Source: the human T2T-CHM13v2.0 reference genome, Homo sapiens | Assembly: GCF_009914755.1 (NCBI RefSeq) | Contig: NC_060931.1 | Direction: 5' to 3' (one strand) | Length of the DNA: 64,000 bases | Shown here: positions 29,501 through 45,745 of the stretch, piece by piece | Layout of the letters: each line of letters starts with the position of its first letter | Position numbering within the stretch: the stretch's first letter is position 1 | Notes under the pieces: generated by a model | What the model was told of the DNA's origin: nothing | The model's database searches: none | The model's input: only the letters and a program-made list of their open reading frames with translations | Program-made: the position numbers and the translations under genes

Positions 29501-30986
29501 AGTTCTGTCTTTTAGTTACTTCAATCTAATGCCTGTGAGAATTTATTCACCAAACAAATGTTTATTGAATTGCTACTTGTGTGCCAGGTACAGTTCTGAG
29601 ATTTGGGGATTTAGAGAGAAATACGAAAAGTCTATGTCCTCAAAGAGCTTACATTAAAACTGGGAAGAACTGAGGGTAAAGTGGGTCCCAAAATGGTAGG
29701 TTCCAGGGTAGGAGGCTTTGCTAAACTTTGCAAGTTCAGAAATAGAGATCAAGACCCATACATGGAAGAGATCTAATTGAAAATGAAGGAGGAAGGGTGG
29801 CTCAGGGAAAGAGTCTTCTGGGTCCTGAAGGAAGGTGAACTTGTCATTGGCCTAAGCGTGTATTAAGGGAAGAGTAAATACAAATTTATATCATCTTCTG
29901 GACTCTAATTCTACTCTTGGTTTACACAGTTATAATTTTTTGAAAGGCAATGGATTAAGCTAACACAATATATCTTTTTAACCCTCAGAAATCAAAATGG
30001 AGAGGGATTTTATAATATCACAAAACATTAGATTTTAGTAACAAACAGAAAAAAGAATTGTTATCTCATAGCTCGTGTCTTCTTATGAGGAAAGATGAAA
30101 TTAAGTTTAAAGTATATAACCAATCAGAAGGTTTACTCTGCTATAAACTATGCTAATTTATTGGAATTGCTTGAAGTTATGATTTTTATAAGCTTTGTTT
30201 TCTGCTTCCATATGGAAGAAATAAAAAAAGAAGGGGGGAAAGAGAGGTTAATAACACCTACAGTTTCCTTTTAGTAATAAATTTCAGTTCACTGATAAAA
30301 TATTTCGACACATACAGACACACACAGACACACGCACACACACACACATATCTTTTTTTTAAACACAAACTGCAGCAGGGAAATTGGAATGATGACCTCC
30401 ACTTTATCGAAACCTGAGGATGGCACTGTCCCTGCTAACCTGAATTTCTGTTCTTTAAAGTTGAAATCCAAGAAAAACTCCAAAATAAGCAATTAACCTT
30501 TTTTTTTGTATTGTTTCCAGTAGTCCCTTAATAAAATACAAATATGTGCTGAGAAATATCACCACTAAAGTGTCATTTAAAGTAATTTGTCAGATTTGTT
30601 TTAACCATATTATACACAAAAGAGCAAATTCACATCAAAATAGATGGAAAATAGCAGTATGGTGGTGAGGTGTTTTAATTAGATATCTCCAAAAAAGTTA
30701 AGAATCAACCTGTGTAAATGTAATCGATGCTGATATAAATTTATTTATATTCATTCTATATCTATATTTATCTCTATCTCTATCTCTTTTCTTTTTGCCT
30801 GAAAGGAAAAGTATAGCAGGAGTCACAAAGGAAGACTAAAAGCTACCTTACCATCTATTTTAAAGAGTTTGAAGGAATATCACAGACATAGTCATAGCCT
30901 GCATCCCCACTGCCCATCCTAATTTGTGTGTGTGTGTGTGTGTGCATTGCCTCCTATGCCTAATATTTATTTTTTGCCCTACATTT

Positions 30987-31018
<32 letters not shown>

Positions 31019-31024
31019 AAATGC

Positions 31025-31480
31025 CTTATTAATAGATTCAGGTGGCTTCTGTAACAAAGCACTGTGAACTTAGTGGCTGAATACAAAGGTTTCTTCCCTC
31101 TGGAGGGCAGAAGTCTGAAGTCAATGTATTGACAGGCTTGGGCCCTCTTGGGGCTCTAGGAGAGAATGTTTCCTTACTTCTTTCAGCTCCAGGTGACTGG
31201 GGGCATTCCTTGGCTCCCTTGGCTTATGGCCACATCACTCCAACCTCTGTCTCTGTCTTCCCATTGCCTCTTCTCTGTGTTTGCCTTCTCATCTGTGTGC
31301 TTCTTGTAAGGACATTTACAACTGGATTTACAAGGTAATCCAGGATCATCTCCTCATCTCAAAGTCCTTAATTTAATTACATCTGCAAATACCCTTTTTA
31401 GAAATAAGGCAACAGTCACAGAGTCTGGGGATTACGATGTGGATGTATCTTTGAAAGGGTCATCATGAACCCATCACATT
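31025..31480 (-). mobile_element. MLT1B/C-type LTR
   Basis: ctgtaacaaagcactg..cagaagtctgaagtcaa..gtaatccaggatcatctcctcatctcaa..cttaatttaattacatctgcaaa. Confidence 0.7.
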
Positions 31481-31687
31481 AACCCATCACACCTTAATAA
31501 CCATTAAAGTTTCATTTCATAGAGAAATCCTGATATTTATGTCAAGTATCTCAATGTCAAACTTTTCATGTTAGAAAAACTCTTCCAACCTATAGTCAAG
31601 GTCTACTTTTCATAGAGTTTATCAGCAGCTAGGCCTTCCTCACCTCAGGCTTTAGTCCAGTGACTTCTCAAATTTGTGGCTACTATT

Positions 31688-32040
31688 TGTTAGTATGCTA
31701 AGTTTGCTACAACAGAGTATCACAGACAGGGTGGATTATACACAACAGATGTTTATTTCTCTGGAGGCTAGAAGTCTGAGATTAAGGTACCAGTGGTGTC
31801 AGGTTCTGTTGAGGGTCTTCTTCTGGGTTGCAAACTGCCAACTTCTCCTTGTATCCTCACATATAGAGAAGAAGATGAGAGCGTTCCCTAGGGCCTCTTT
31901 TATAAGGGCACTAATCTCATTTACAACAGCTACATTCTCATGACCTAACTACTTCCCAAGTCCCTCCTTCTAATACTATCTCACTGCAGGTTAGGTTTAC
32001 AACATATGGGAACTTGAGGGGACATATTCAGTCTGTTGCA
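31688..32040 (-). mobile_element. MLT1A-type LTR
   Basis: ctggaggctagaagtctgagat..cctcttttataagggcactaatctcat..ggggacatattcagtc. Confidence 0.7.
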
Positions 32041-32351
32041 ATTTTTTTTAATCTTTCCTTCTAGAAACATTCCTGTTCTTGAAAAATACAGATCCATAGT
32101 GTCTTTGCTTGCTATTGCTCTCAGTACCTACAGCTGAGTTCATAGTGCCCACTTTAGCTAGATTTAGGCTGCTTAGCCCATAATCTTCTGCTTTCATTTT
32201 GTTAGAAAACCTTTTTGACAAATCTATTATAATTCAATTATAATAAACACAATAATCATTTTTCTCAAAAAATATTGTGATCACTAATTATTAGATTTTT
32301 CAATGCTTTTAGCAATTTTTCTTCTGGTATTATCAACTAGAAGCCATCCTG

Positions 32352-32353
<2 letters not shown>

Positions 32354-32393
<40 letters not shown>
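32354..32393. repeat. (CA)n microsatellite
   Basis: Direct reading. Confidence 0.95.
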
Positions 32394-32395
<2 letters not shown>

Positions 32396-32731
32396 AGTTC
32401 GCTTCCACATGTCTTTCTGATGTACTTATACCAGTGGTATTTTTCATTTAGTTTCAATCTTCCCAATTTATCAAGGTAAAACATTAAAACACAATACTAA
32501 AAGGAATTAAATCAGTATTTAGTATTTATGAGTATGTAAGCAATGTTTGAATCTGAACCAAATGTATTTTCTTTCTTTTTAAATTTTCCTCCTAGTTTTT
32601 TTAAAAAAATTGATTAGTTTTCTATATATTTATCACTATTTCATTTCCAAGCTTCCCTAGAGAAATGTAAACCTCTAGCTTACCAACACATCATATAATG
32701 TATCATTTTCAATTTTTAAAATCAATCTTTA

Positions 32732-33067
<336 letters not shown>

Positions 33068-33070
33068 TTA

Positions 33071-35451
33071 ATAGACTTTGTTTTTTAGAGTTGTTTTAGG
33101 TTCATAGTAAAACTGAAAGGAAAATACAGAGTCCCCATATATCCCCATCCCCAACACATGCACAAGATCCCTCATTATCAACATCCCACAATACAGTTAT
33201 AATTGATGAATTTACAATAATACATCATCACCCCAAACACATAGTTAATATTTGGGTTCAGTCTTGTTGTTGTACATTCTATGGGTTTTGACAAAAGTAT
33301 AGTATGTATCCACCATTATAGCAGCATACAGAACAGTTCCATTGCTCTAAAAATCCTCTGTGCTCCACCTATTCATTCTCTTCTCCACCATTACTCCTGG
33401 CAACCACTGACATTTTTACTATTTCCATAGTTTTGTCTTTTCCAGAATGGCATATTGTTGGAATCATACAGTATATAGCCTTTTCAGATTGACTTCTTTC
33501 ACTTATTAATATATATTTAAATTTCTTCCATGTCTTTTCATGGCTTAATATCTCATTTCTTCTTAGCACTGAATAATATTCTATTGTCTGGATACATCAC
33601 AGTTAATTTATTCATTTAGCCACTAAAGGATATCTTGGTGCCTTCCAAGTTTTCACAAGTGTGAATAAGGCTGCCATAAATGACTGTCCAAACTTCAGTG
33701 TTGGCATAATTTTTCAATTCATTTGGGTAAATGTTAAGGAGCATAATTTACAGATCATACAGTAAGATTATATTGTTTTTTAAGACATTGCCAAACTGTC
33801 TTCCAAAGGGCTGCACTAGTTTTGCATTCCCATCCACAATGCAAGAGAGTTCCTTTTGCTCTACATTCTTGCCAGCACGTGATGTCAGTGTGCTGAATTT
33901 TGCCCATTCTAATATATTTGTAGTGGTATCTCATTGTCATCTTAATTTGAAATTCCCTAATGACATCTGATGTTGAACATCTTTTCATATGCTTATTTGC
34001 CACTTTAATATCTTCTTGGATGAGCTATCTTTTCAGGTCTTTTGGCCATGTTTCAATCAGGTTTTCTTATTATTGAGTTAAGACCTCTTTGCTTGTTTTG
34101 GATAATAGTTCTTTTCAGATATGATATGTCTTTTGTAAATTTTTTTCCTTGTCTGTGACTTGTCTTCTCATTCTCTTGTCAGTGTTTTCACAGAGTAGAA
34201 GTTCTTCATTTTAATGAAGAAGTTAATTTTAATTCTTTAACTTTAATTCTTTCTTTCATGTATTGTTTAGGTGTTGTATGTAAAAAGTCACCACCACCTC
34301 CAAGGTCATCTAGATTTTCTCCTGTTATCTTTTAAGAGTTTATAGTTTTGTGTTTTACATTTAAGTCTATGATCCATTTTGAGTTTGTTTTGGTGAAGAA
34401 TGTAAGGTTTGTGTCTAGAAGGTTGACTTTTTATTTTTTATTTTGATTTTGCATATGGATATAGTTGTTCCATCACTGTTTTCAAAAACCTATCTTTACT
34501 CTGTTGTATTGCTTTTGCTTTTTTTTTTTTCAAAGATTAAGTGACTATATTTATGTGGGTCTATTTCTGGATTCTCCATTCTGTTCAACTGATCTATTTG
34601 TCTCTCCAATACCACACTGTCTTAATACTGTTACTTTATGGTAAATTTTAAACTGTCAGTTCCTTGACTCAGTTCTTCTCCTTTAAGATTGAGTTGCCTA
34701 TTCTGGGTCTTTTACCTCTCCATATAAACTTTAGAATACATTTGTCAATATCCACAAGATAACTTGCTGATATTGAGATTGCATTGAATCTACAGATAAG
34801 CTGGGGAAAAAACTGGTATCTTGACAATATTGAATCTTTGTATCACAAACATGGAACGTCTCTACATTTATTAAAGTTTTTATTTATTTCATCAGTGTTT
34901 CATAGTTTTTCTCATACATCTTGTACACATTTTGTTCATTTTATACCTAAGTATTTCATTTTTAAGGGTGCTAATGTAAATAGTAATGAGTTTTTAATTT
35001 TAAATCCCACTTGTTCATTGCTGGTACATAGGAAAGCACTTGACTTTTATACATAACCTTTTATCCTGAAACCTTGCTATAAATGTCTATTTGTTCCAGG
35101 AGCGTTTTTTTTTTGTGATTTTTTCAGATTTTCTACAAATGATTGTGTTATCTGTGAACAAAGTGTTTCTTCCCTTCCAATCTGTATACTTTTTATTTCA
35201 TTTGTATACCATTTATTTAATTTTATCGCATTAGTTAGGCCTTCCAGTACAATGCTGAAAAGAACTGGTGACAGGGGCATCCTTGCCTTGTTCCTGATCT
35301 TATCAGGAAGCTTCAAGTTTTCTCACCATTGAATATGATGTTAACTGTAGGGCTTTTATATTTTTTCAATCGAGTTGACGAAGTTCCTCTGTATTGCTAG
35401 TTTGCTAAGTTTCTCTTAAATCATAAATAGGTGTTATGTGTTATTTGGTTG

Positions 35452-35492
<41 letters not shown>

Positions 35493-36270
35493 GATATATA
35501 GATAGATAGATATAGAGATACAGATAGATATAAGTATATAGATAGATATAGATATAGATAGATATAGATATACCTATATCTAGATATATAGATACACAAA
35601 CACACACACACACACTACAGCCAAATAGGGGTTTTCCCAAGAATGCAATTCTGGTTCAACATTAAAAAATTAATGTATCTGTCACATCAACAGGCTAAAG
35701 AAGAAAAATTACATGGTATCATAATCTGCAGCTCAGTCTTTATCAATAGATGAAGAAAAAACGTTTGAGAAAATCTAACACCTATTTATGACACCTATTT
35801 AAGACATCTAACACCTATATGTAGATATATAATATACATATATATAATGTGTATATATGTACACATTATGTATATATATACACATTATGTATATACACAT
35901 ATATATTATACACTGTTGGATTTAAATTGCTAATATTTTGCTAAAGATTTTCACATCAATATTCATGAGAACTATTGGTCTGTAGTTCTCTTTTCTCATA
36001 ATGCCTTTGTCAAGTTTCGGTATTAGGGCAACACTTGTCTCATAGAGTGAATTAACAGGTATTCCCTCTGCTTCTATCTTCTAAAAGAGATTTTGGAGAA
36101 TTGTTAGAATTTCTTCCTTAAATGTTTAGTAAAATTCACCTGCGAACCCTCTGGGTCTGGTGCTCTCTGTTTTGGAAGATTATTATTGATTCAGTTTATT
36201 TAATAAATTTAAGCCTATCCAGATTATCTATTTCTCCTGTGACTTTTGGCAGACTGTGTCTTTCAAGGGA
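33071..36270 (-). mobile_element. L1MC-type LINE (3'UTR + ORF2 remnant), with an internally inverted block at ~35594-35791
   Basis: Minus-strand ORF fragments resemble ORF2 (IREFQIKMTMRYH; LSPVLFSIVLEGLTNAI); 3'UTR motifs at 33071-33600. Confidence 0.85.
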
Positions 36271-36471
36271 CTTAGGAAATCATTGCAAAGGCTGTTCCAT
36301 TGGAGAACAGCTTCCCCTGCCTTGGGCCTCTTCTTGAGTTCACCACTACTAGAAAATGACAAGGTCATCCTGTTGATTGCCTTCATCTGTGTTCAGAGCT
36401 CTCTGTAGACTGACTACAGCACTTACAGCTACTTTGAAGTGGTCACCATTTTCAACTTGATAATGATCCTC

Positions 36472-36637
36472 ACCATTTTTTCTGATCCACCTCTTCTGCC
36501 TGCTCACCTGTATCTGTTGGCCCTTGTCAGAACTTCTGCACTATTTAATCAGTACCATTTTTTCTGATCCACCTGTTCTGCATGCTCACCTATATCTGCT
36601 GGCCCCTATCAGAACTTTGCACTATTTAATCACTACC
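36472..36637. repeat. ~82-bp tandem duplication (2 copies, about 8 differences)
   Basis: accattttttctgatccacct...gcactatttaatca(g/c)t at 36472 and 36554. Confidence 0.9.
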
Positions 36638-37520
36638 CTGCTCCTCCTAATCACCTCCATCATGGTGGCCTCCAAGCTTTATAACTAGAACTGGACTGAT
36701 AGCAGGAGTGGATAATCAAAGTCCAGCCAACTCAGTTGTAAATATAAACCCACACGTGGGCATTGAAGCTGCCTTGAGTGAGAAGGGCCGAGGGTGGTGA
36801 CCCAGAGGCTTGGTGGCCTGGCCTGCCCTGGACCCAACCTAGGGAACCCGAGGCTGGCGGCTGGGCCTCTCTGGGCTTCACCTCTGTACCTGAGTGAGGA
36901 TGAGGTGATTGGGTCAGATGACTACCCAAGCTCCTTGCTGGCCACAGACATACAGGGAATGAGCACAGAGTTGAGAAACAGAAAGAATTGCCCAAGTGAT
37001 AGGCCTTTGGCCTGTAACTTTCTCTCCTCTCTCTCCCCTGTATATCTTTGATTTTGTTGCCACCTTTCCTGCATGACAAGCATATGGCTGTCCTACAAGA
37101 TCTCACGTGTAACCCAAGCCACAGATTTAGCTATCTGATGAGGCAACAGTCTCTGGACCTTATGGAGCTCTATAGAAAGGAGGACCAGTGACCCTAGGCA
37201 AGGCTCTGGACCTGTGTTCCTGTGCCAAAGTCCTGCCAGGCTGGCAGGCACCAACACGGGCCTGCACTTTGGTCCTGCTTTCCCAAGAAGCTGGTTCCCT
37301 GAGCTCCTGGGAGGAGCCTCTTTCTCCAGTCTTCCTTGGAGAACATTCCTCCTCTTCTGGGAAAGGAAAGCAGTCTCAAGGAAAATCTGTTCTCTCCTTT
37401 CTTGCTTCCAGAACCATGTCAGGTACTCATGAGCCCTCTTAGCACAACTGGAGGGGTTTGTGAATACTCCTGCATAAATCTCTTCTACTTCCTATTCCTC
37501 AGAGTAGTGAAGCTGCCTTA

Positions 37521-37868
<348 letters not shown>

Positions 37869-38822
37869 TTATCCATTTATCTAGCTTGTCAATCTGGTCT
37901 TGAAGATACCTTCTTTCTTAAAGTGAGGCGTGCCCTGTAGAAATGCTATGTGGTCAGCCTGTCCCCAGATAGGAGATGTAGAGTCTCCTTTCCCTGTCTC
38001 TATTTTGTTACCACTGTGCATGTGTTTGTGTGTTTTTTAATACATATTGACTTGGCCAGTTGAAAAATAAATAAATAAATAAGAACAAAAATAGCAATTT
38101 TCATGCTTTTGCACTGTCCCCTTCTTTGTATTTGCTTGGATTTCTGACTTTCTTCTAGTGCTCTCCTCAGGTGCCTGGTGACACTTGGTGTAGCTTATGT
38201 CAAAGATGGGACCATTGAAAAACTTACTGGAAGCTTTAAGTGTAGTTGTAGTGTCCCGTTTAAGTACTTCTGTTCTAAGTTGAGCTGCAGATTATGATAC
38301 CAACCACAACCATATTTATTTTCTATAATATACATATAATTAATTTCTGTTCTATCCAAACTCCTGACCAAGGCTTATATAGCCCAATATAATCAGGCAC
38401 TTTCCTATCTCCCTGACCTCATTTATTCCTCCCCCCTGTTTACTGTGCTTAGTCATTTTGCCTTCTTGTTCTTCAACCTGCTAGGCTGGTTCTTGCCTCA
38501 TGGACTTATACCTGTTGTTATCTTTACCTGGAATTTTCTCTCCGCAGATACTGCATGGCTGCTTTATCTCATCATTCAGTTCTCTGACCACTTCTCAGTA
38601 GGAAGGCTTTACCCGACCTCCCTACTTCGATATTCAGTAGCCTCTTACTTTACTTTCTTCATTGTACAAATAGTAAGGTCATGTCACTGATTTTTTTTAC
38701 TTATTTATTGTTTATCTCTGCTATGAGAATTTAAGCTCCATGAGAGCAAGGAGCTTGTTCAAATACTCCTTCCTTAGGACCTAGAGCAATGCCTACCACC
38801 CGGTAGCACTTAGTGAACATTT

Positions 38823-40427
38823 TGAGAGATGACAGTGTGCTGGCAGCCCTCGCAGCCCTCGCTTGCTCTGGGCACCTCCTCTGCCTGGGCTCCCACTTTC
38901 GCAGAACTTGAGGAGCCCTTCAGCCCACCACTGCACTGTGGGAACCTGTTTCTGGGCTGGCCAGGGCCAGAGCTGGCTCACTCAGCTTGCAGGGAGGTGT
39001 GGAGGAAGATACGCAAGCGGGAACCAGAGAGGCGCAAGCAAGAACTGGGGCTGCACACCCTGCTTGTGGGCCAGCTGGAGTTCCGGGTGGGCGTGGGCTT
39101 GGCGGGCACCACACTTGGAGCAGCCCACTGGCCCTGCTGGCCAGGGCAATGAGGAGCTTAGCACCCAGGCCAGCAGCTGTGGAGGGTGTACTGGGTCCCC
39201 CAGCAGTGCCAGCCCACCGGCGCTGCGCTCAATTTCTTGCCGGCCCTTAGCTGCCTCCCCATGGGGCAGGGCTTGGGAACTGCAGCCAGCCATGCCTGAG
39301 CCTCCCCGCTTCCGTGGGCTCCGGTGTGGCCTGAGCCTCCCGGACAAGCACCGCCCCCTGCTCCACGGTGCCCAGTCCCATCGACCACCCAAGGGCTGAG
39401 GAGTGTGGGTGCATGGCGCGGGACTGGCAGGCAGCTCCACCTGTGGCCCCAGTGCGGGATCCACTGGGTGAAGCCAGCTGGGCTCCTGACTCTGGTGAGG
39501 ACTTGGAGAACCTTTATGTCTAGCTAAGGGATTGTAAGTACACCAATCGGCACTCTGTATCTAGCTCAAGGTTTGTAAACACAGCAATCAGCACCCTGTG
39601 TCTAGCTCAGGGTTTGTGAATGCACCAATGGACACTCTGTATCCAGCTACTCTGGTGGGGACTTGGAGAACCTTTATGTCTAGCTAAGGGATTGTAAATA
39701 CACCAATGGGCACTCTGTACCTAGCTCAAGGTTTGTAAACACACCAGTCAGCACCCTGTGTCTAGCTCAGGGTTTGTGAATGCACCAATCGACACACTGT
39801 ATCTACCTACTCTGGTGGGGACTTGGAGAACTTCTGTGTCTACACTCTGTATCTAGCTAATCTAGTGGGGAGGTGGAGAACCTTTGTGTCTAGCTCAGGG
39901 ATTGTAAATGCACCAATCAGACCACTCGGCTCTCTGTAAAATGGACCAATCAGCAGGATGTGGGTGGGGCCAGATAAGAGAATAAAAGCAGGCTGCCCGA
40001 GCCAGCAGTGGCAACCTGCTCCGGTCCCCTTCCACACTGTGGAAGCTTTGTTCTTTCGCTCTTTGCAATAAATCTTGCTGCTGCTAACTCTTTGGGTCCA
40101 CGCTGCCTTTATGAGCTGTAACACTCACCATGAAGGTCTGCAGCTTCACTCCTGAAGCCAGCGAGACCACAAACCCACCGGGAGGAAAGAACAACTCCAG
40201 ATGCGAGGCCTTAAGAGCTGTAACACTCACCGCTGAGGTCCACAGCTTCACTCCTGAGCCTGCGAGACTACGAACCCCACCAGAAGGAAGAAACTCCAAA
40301 CACATCCGAGCATCAGAAGGAATGAACTCCGGACATGCCACCTTTAAGAACTGTAACACTCACCGCGAGGGTCCTCGACTTCCTTCTTGAAGTCAGTGAG
40401 ACCAAGAACCCACCAATTCCGGACACA
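38823..40427 (+). mobile_element. LTR12C-type (ERV9) solitary LTR, 1605 bp, TSD ATTT, inserted in an L2 3' end
   Basis: TGAGAG..GACAGTGTGCTGGCAG start; CCAATTCCGGACACA end; tandem CCAAT-containing U3 repeats 39490-39950; GATA and AATAAAAG box at 39971-39988; TSD 38819-38822 / 40428-40431. Confidence 0.93.
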
Positions 40428-40848
40428 ATTTGTTCAAAAAATGAATCAAGGGAGCACTACCATGATTAGTATAACCTCTTCCCTGGAGCATAAGTATTTC
40501 AACAAAGAAAGTACAATTGTAGGTGAGGGCACAGTCACTTCTTGAAGGCTTTATTCTAAATTATTAAATTATTTAAATACTCTATAAAGGCCTGTTATCT
40601 CATGAGAGGCCATCTTCATCACCATGTATGCCATACATATGTAGGAAATTTTGCAATAGAAATATTGTGCAGTTTCTAATTCAGTTCAGCGAAAAATATA
40701 TGAGCCCTTTCTATGTCACATTTTATTTGCAAGCAAGTTTACTAAGATTATAAAATATTATCATATGAAACAACTAAGCTAATACTACTATAAGTCATGC
40801 TTAGGTTCCCATGATGACAGAAAGTTTGTTGCTAAGAATGTCAGTAAG

Positions 40849-41161
40849 GGCAGGGCGCGGTGGCTCACGCCTGTAATCCCAGCACTTTGGGAGGCCGAGG
40901 CGGGCGGATCACGAGGTCAGGAGCTCAAGATCATCCTGAAACCCCGGTGAAACCCCGTCTCTACTAAAAATACAAAAAATTAGCCGGGCGTGGCGGCGGG
41001 CACCTGTAGTCCCAGCTACTGGGGAGGCTGAGGCAGGAGAATGGCGTGAACCCCGGGAAGCAGAGCTTGCAGTGAGCAGAGATCGCGCCACTGCACTCCA
41101 GCCTGGGCGACAGAGCCAGACTCCAGACTCCGTCTCAGAAAAAAAAAAGAAAAAAAAAAAA
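40849..41161 (+). mobile_element. AluY
   Basis: CpG-rich young Alu; TSD ..gtcagtaa on both sides. Confidence 0.92.
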
Positions 41162-43016
41162 GTCAGTAACAATGATAGTAAATGGAAAAGAATGATGTCC
41201 TAAGTAATTTCATCCTGATTATCACTGCTAGTTGCATTATTGATACAGAGTAAAAATGCTTTGTGAAAACTTTTTCATATAGGTTTAGACTTTTGCAAAT
41301 GCATCTTCTGTGAGCAAGTATATCTTGTTTTCTGTTCTGTCTCTTTATAATCTTTGTAATCTCTGTTTTCTCTTTAAAATTATTTTATCACACTCTAGGG
41401 TTTAGGTTATAGCTTAAGGGGTCATCCTTGCTTCCATTCTCTTCCCATGCTGATCTGGTTTTCTTACCATTGTATCATTTTATTGATTAAGAACCTAAAT
41501 TTCTGCATAAGCTGCCCTAACATACTCACTCTTTTCTCACATGGTGAAACATACATGCCAATCATCCAATTTCATCTTATTTTCTTCATGTAATATACTA
41601 TTTCTGCCCCAATACATTTACTTCTGTAAATTTGAAAGGACTTCTTCTTGTTCTTGTCTTTTGAAAATGTTTTTACCCATATTTCAAGATGTTTCTTCAA
41701 TCACCATAAACTTCTTTAACTAATCCAATTATTTCGCTATAAGTATTAATGTTCTGTACTAATTAGGTGAAGTATTTCATTGTCCAAATTTTCTCTCCTG
41801 TATTAGTTTTTTACATTGAATTAGAAACTCAATAAGAGAAGAAAAAAATACCACATATTCCTGTGTTTCTTCCACAAAATCAAGACATGTAACATTAAAT
41901 AGAGTGCATTTGTTCTATAGTGTCTATATTACATAGGGTGAAATGGTATAATGACTTATTTTTCTCTCATGCAACAGATTAAAGGAAGGTGGTAGTTTAG
42001 ACAGGTGGGCAGTTGTGGTCCATAAGATCTGTCATTCAGGGTCTTGGGCTCCTTCTAGCCAGCTGCTCTGCTCTAGGCTTTCTCTCATCTGCATGGTCCA
42101 GATTACAGGTTAGGGGAACATGAGAAGTGGAGGGGAAATCCTTCTCTTTAAGCAAGTGGAATACATTATGTCACTTGGACATATCCAGCAGCAGGGGAGT
42201 CTGATCATCTCTAGCAGGATGGGGCTGTGACAGACATAACTCTACTGTTATGAAATAAGGAGAATAGATGTTGGTAGACAATTAGCCATCAACTCCAATA
42301 TTTTAAAATCAACAAGTACTATACAAACAAACTTAGCATAAGTGTGGTTTGTTATTTCAGAAAAGATCTGGATGCTTTTTCTCAGGTTGATTTCATTGGG
42401 TAAACAATTATTTTAAAAGGAGAAAAATAAAATGATTTATCAACCTTAATGTATAAATATGTCAAAATCACTAGTATTTATGTATTCAAATTATAACATA
42501 AACAATTCTAAAATTGGAGAACTTAAATATTTATTGTCCCTTACTAATTGTTTACGATGTCAAAAATGTGGAACACTGAATAGTTTAATAAAATAAGCTT
42601 AATAAAATAAAAGAGAGATTGTCTCTATTAATTAAACCAAATAACTTGAAATTAAAACTCAGTATACATTTTAAGGGTCTTGACTACTTCTCCAGTTTTT
42701 ACAAAATTTAAATCAACAACTAAAAGGGTATGCCATTAGAATGTGAAACAAGAAACTCCTAATAGAAGAGGGTTCTTTTGCTAGGCAAATTTTTTAATCT
42801 ATTAAATCTAATTAATTCTGAGCTGGTTATTATCACCACTTGGGAAGAAGCAGCAGTCAAAATTCTTGCCAAACTGTGGGTAGATCTATATTTTTCCCAA
42901 CCTACACTCTTTTTATTTTTGTCCCATAGGAGCTGTTAACAATCACTCTGAATTTATAAAACTACAGAATTGTATCCCTCTCATATTTTACCACCTTCTG
43001 TTGAAGTGATAGGTAA

Positions 43017-43811
43017 TGTTATAGACTGAATGTTTTTGTTCCACCAAAATTTGTGTAGTGAAGACTTCGCCATCAATGTGATATCTGGAAGTGGGGCCTT
43101 GAGGAGGTGATTAGGTATAGATGAGGTTGTCAGCATGGACCTCCGTGATAGGATTATTGATATTAAAGTAAATTTAAATGGAAACCAGGCCTGAAGATTC
43201 TCTGAGCAGACTTAACCAGTGAGGCCTCATGAGTGACTTCAACCTTGCTTGATTTTCAAACATAAGCAAAACTTAGCTTGAGCTATTTCTTGTAAATGCC
43301 TCTATTAAAGAAAAACAGAATTTAAGCACTAACCATTCAGAAACGGAAAACAAACCTATAATTATGTAACTAGGAACAAGATAGACCTAATAAGGCAACT
43401 GAATAACTGTAACCAATTAAATATTTTATTTTTTTTACCTCCGTATTTTTTTCTGTAAAAGCCTCTCTCTTGCATTCCCTTGGTGGAGCTCCCAGTCCAC
43501 TTCTGATTTGGAGCTTCCCAATTCATGAATTGTTTGCTCAAATAAACTCTTTAAAATGTGACTATTACTCAACTTACCATTTAAACAATGTTTTTATAAG
43601 AGGAGGAAGAAAGACTAGAACTCTCTTTTTTGTCACGTGAGGACAGAGCAAGTAGGTCGCTGTCTGCAGGACAGGAATAGAGCCCTTTCTAGGGAGCCAA
43701 ATTGTCTGGCACATTGATCTTGGATTACACAGTCTCCAGAACTGTGAAAAATAAATTCCTGTTGTTTAAGCCAGTCTATGGTATTTTATTATGGTTGCCC
43801 AAGCTAAGATA
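43017..43811 (+). mobile_element. MLT1A-type LTR with nested LTR47-like LTR (43161-43587)
   Basis: tgttatagactgaatgtt...ggatt | LTR | ttataagagg...ccagaactgtgaaaaataaattcctgttgtttaagcc. Confidence 0.8.
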
Positions 43812-44014
43812 GGTTAAAAAACACAACCGGTACAGAAAAGAACTGCACAAAGCAGAGATGAATTACACATTACCAGCCCACACTGCAGTGGATGGATATA
43901 AAGGGGTTAAATGATAATCTGACTTGAAGAGGGGACTCTATTTAAAAACAGAGCATCATAGTTGTGCATTCCATTTTCAGCCCAGAACCCGATTAGGGAG
44001 TGAATTTCGAAATG

Positions 44015-45745
<1,731 letters not shown>

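Noticed and set aside
38793-40390. ORFs up to 178 aa
   Set aside because: All lie within LTR12C; they are GC-rich LTR artefacts.
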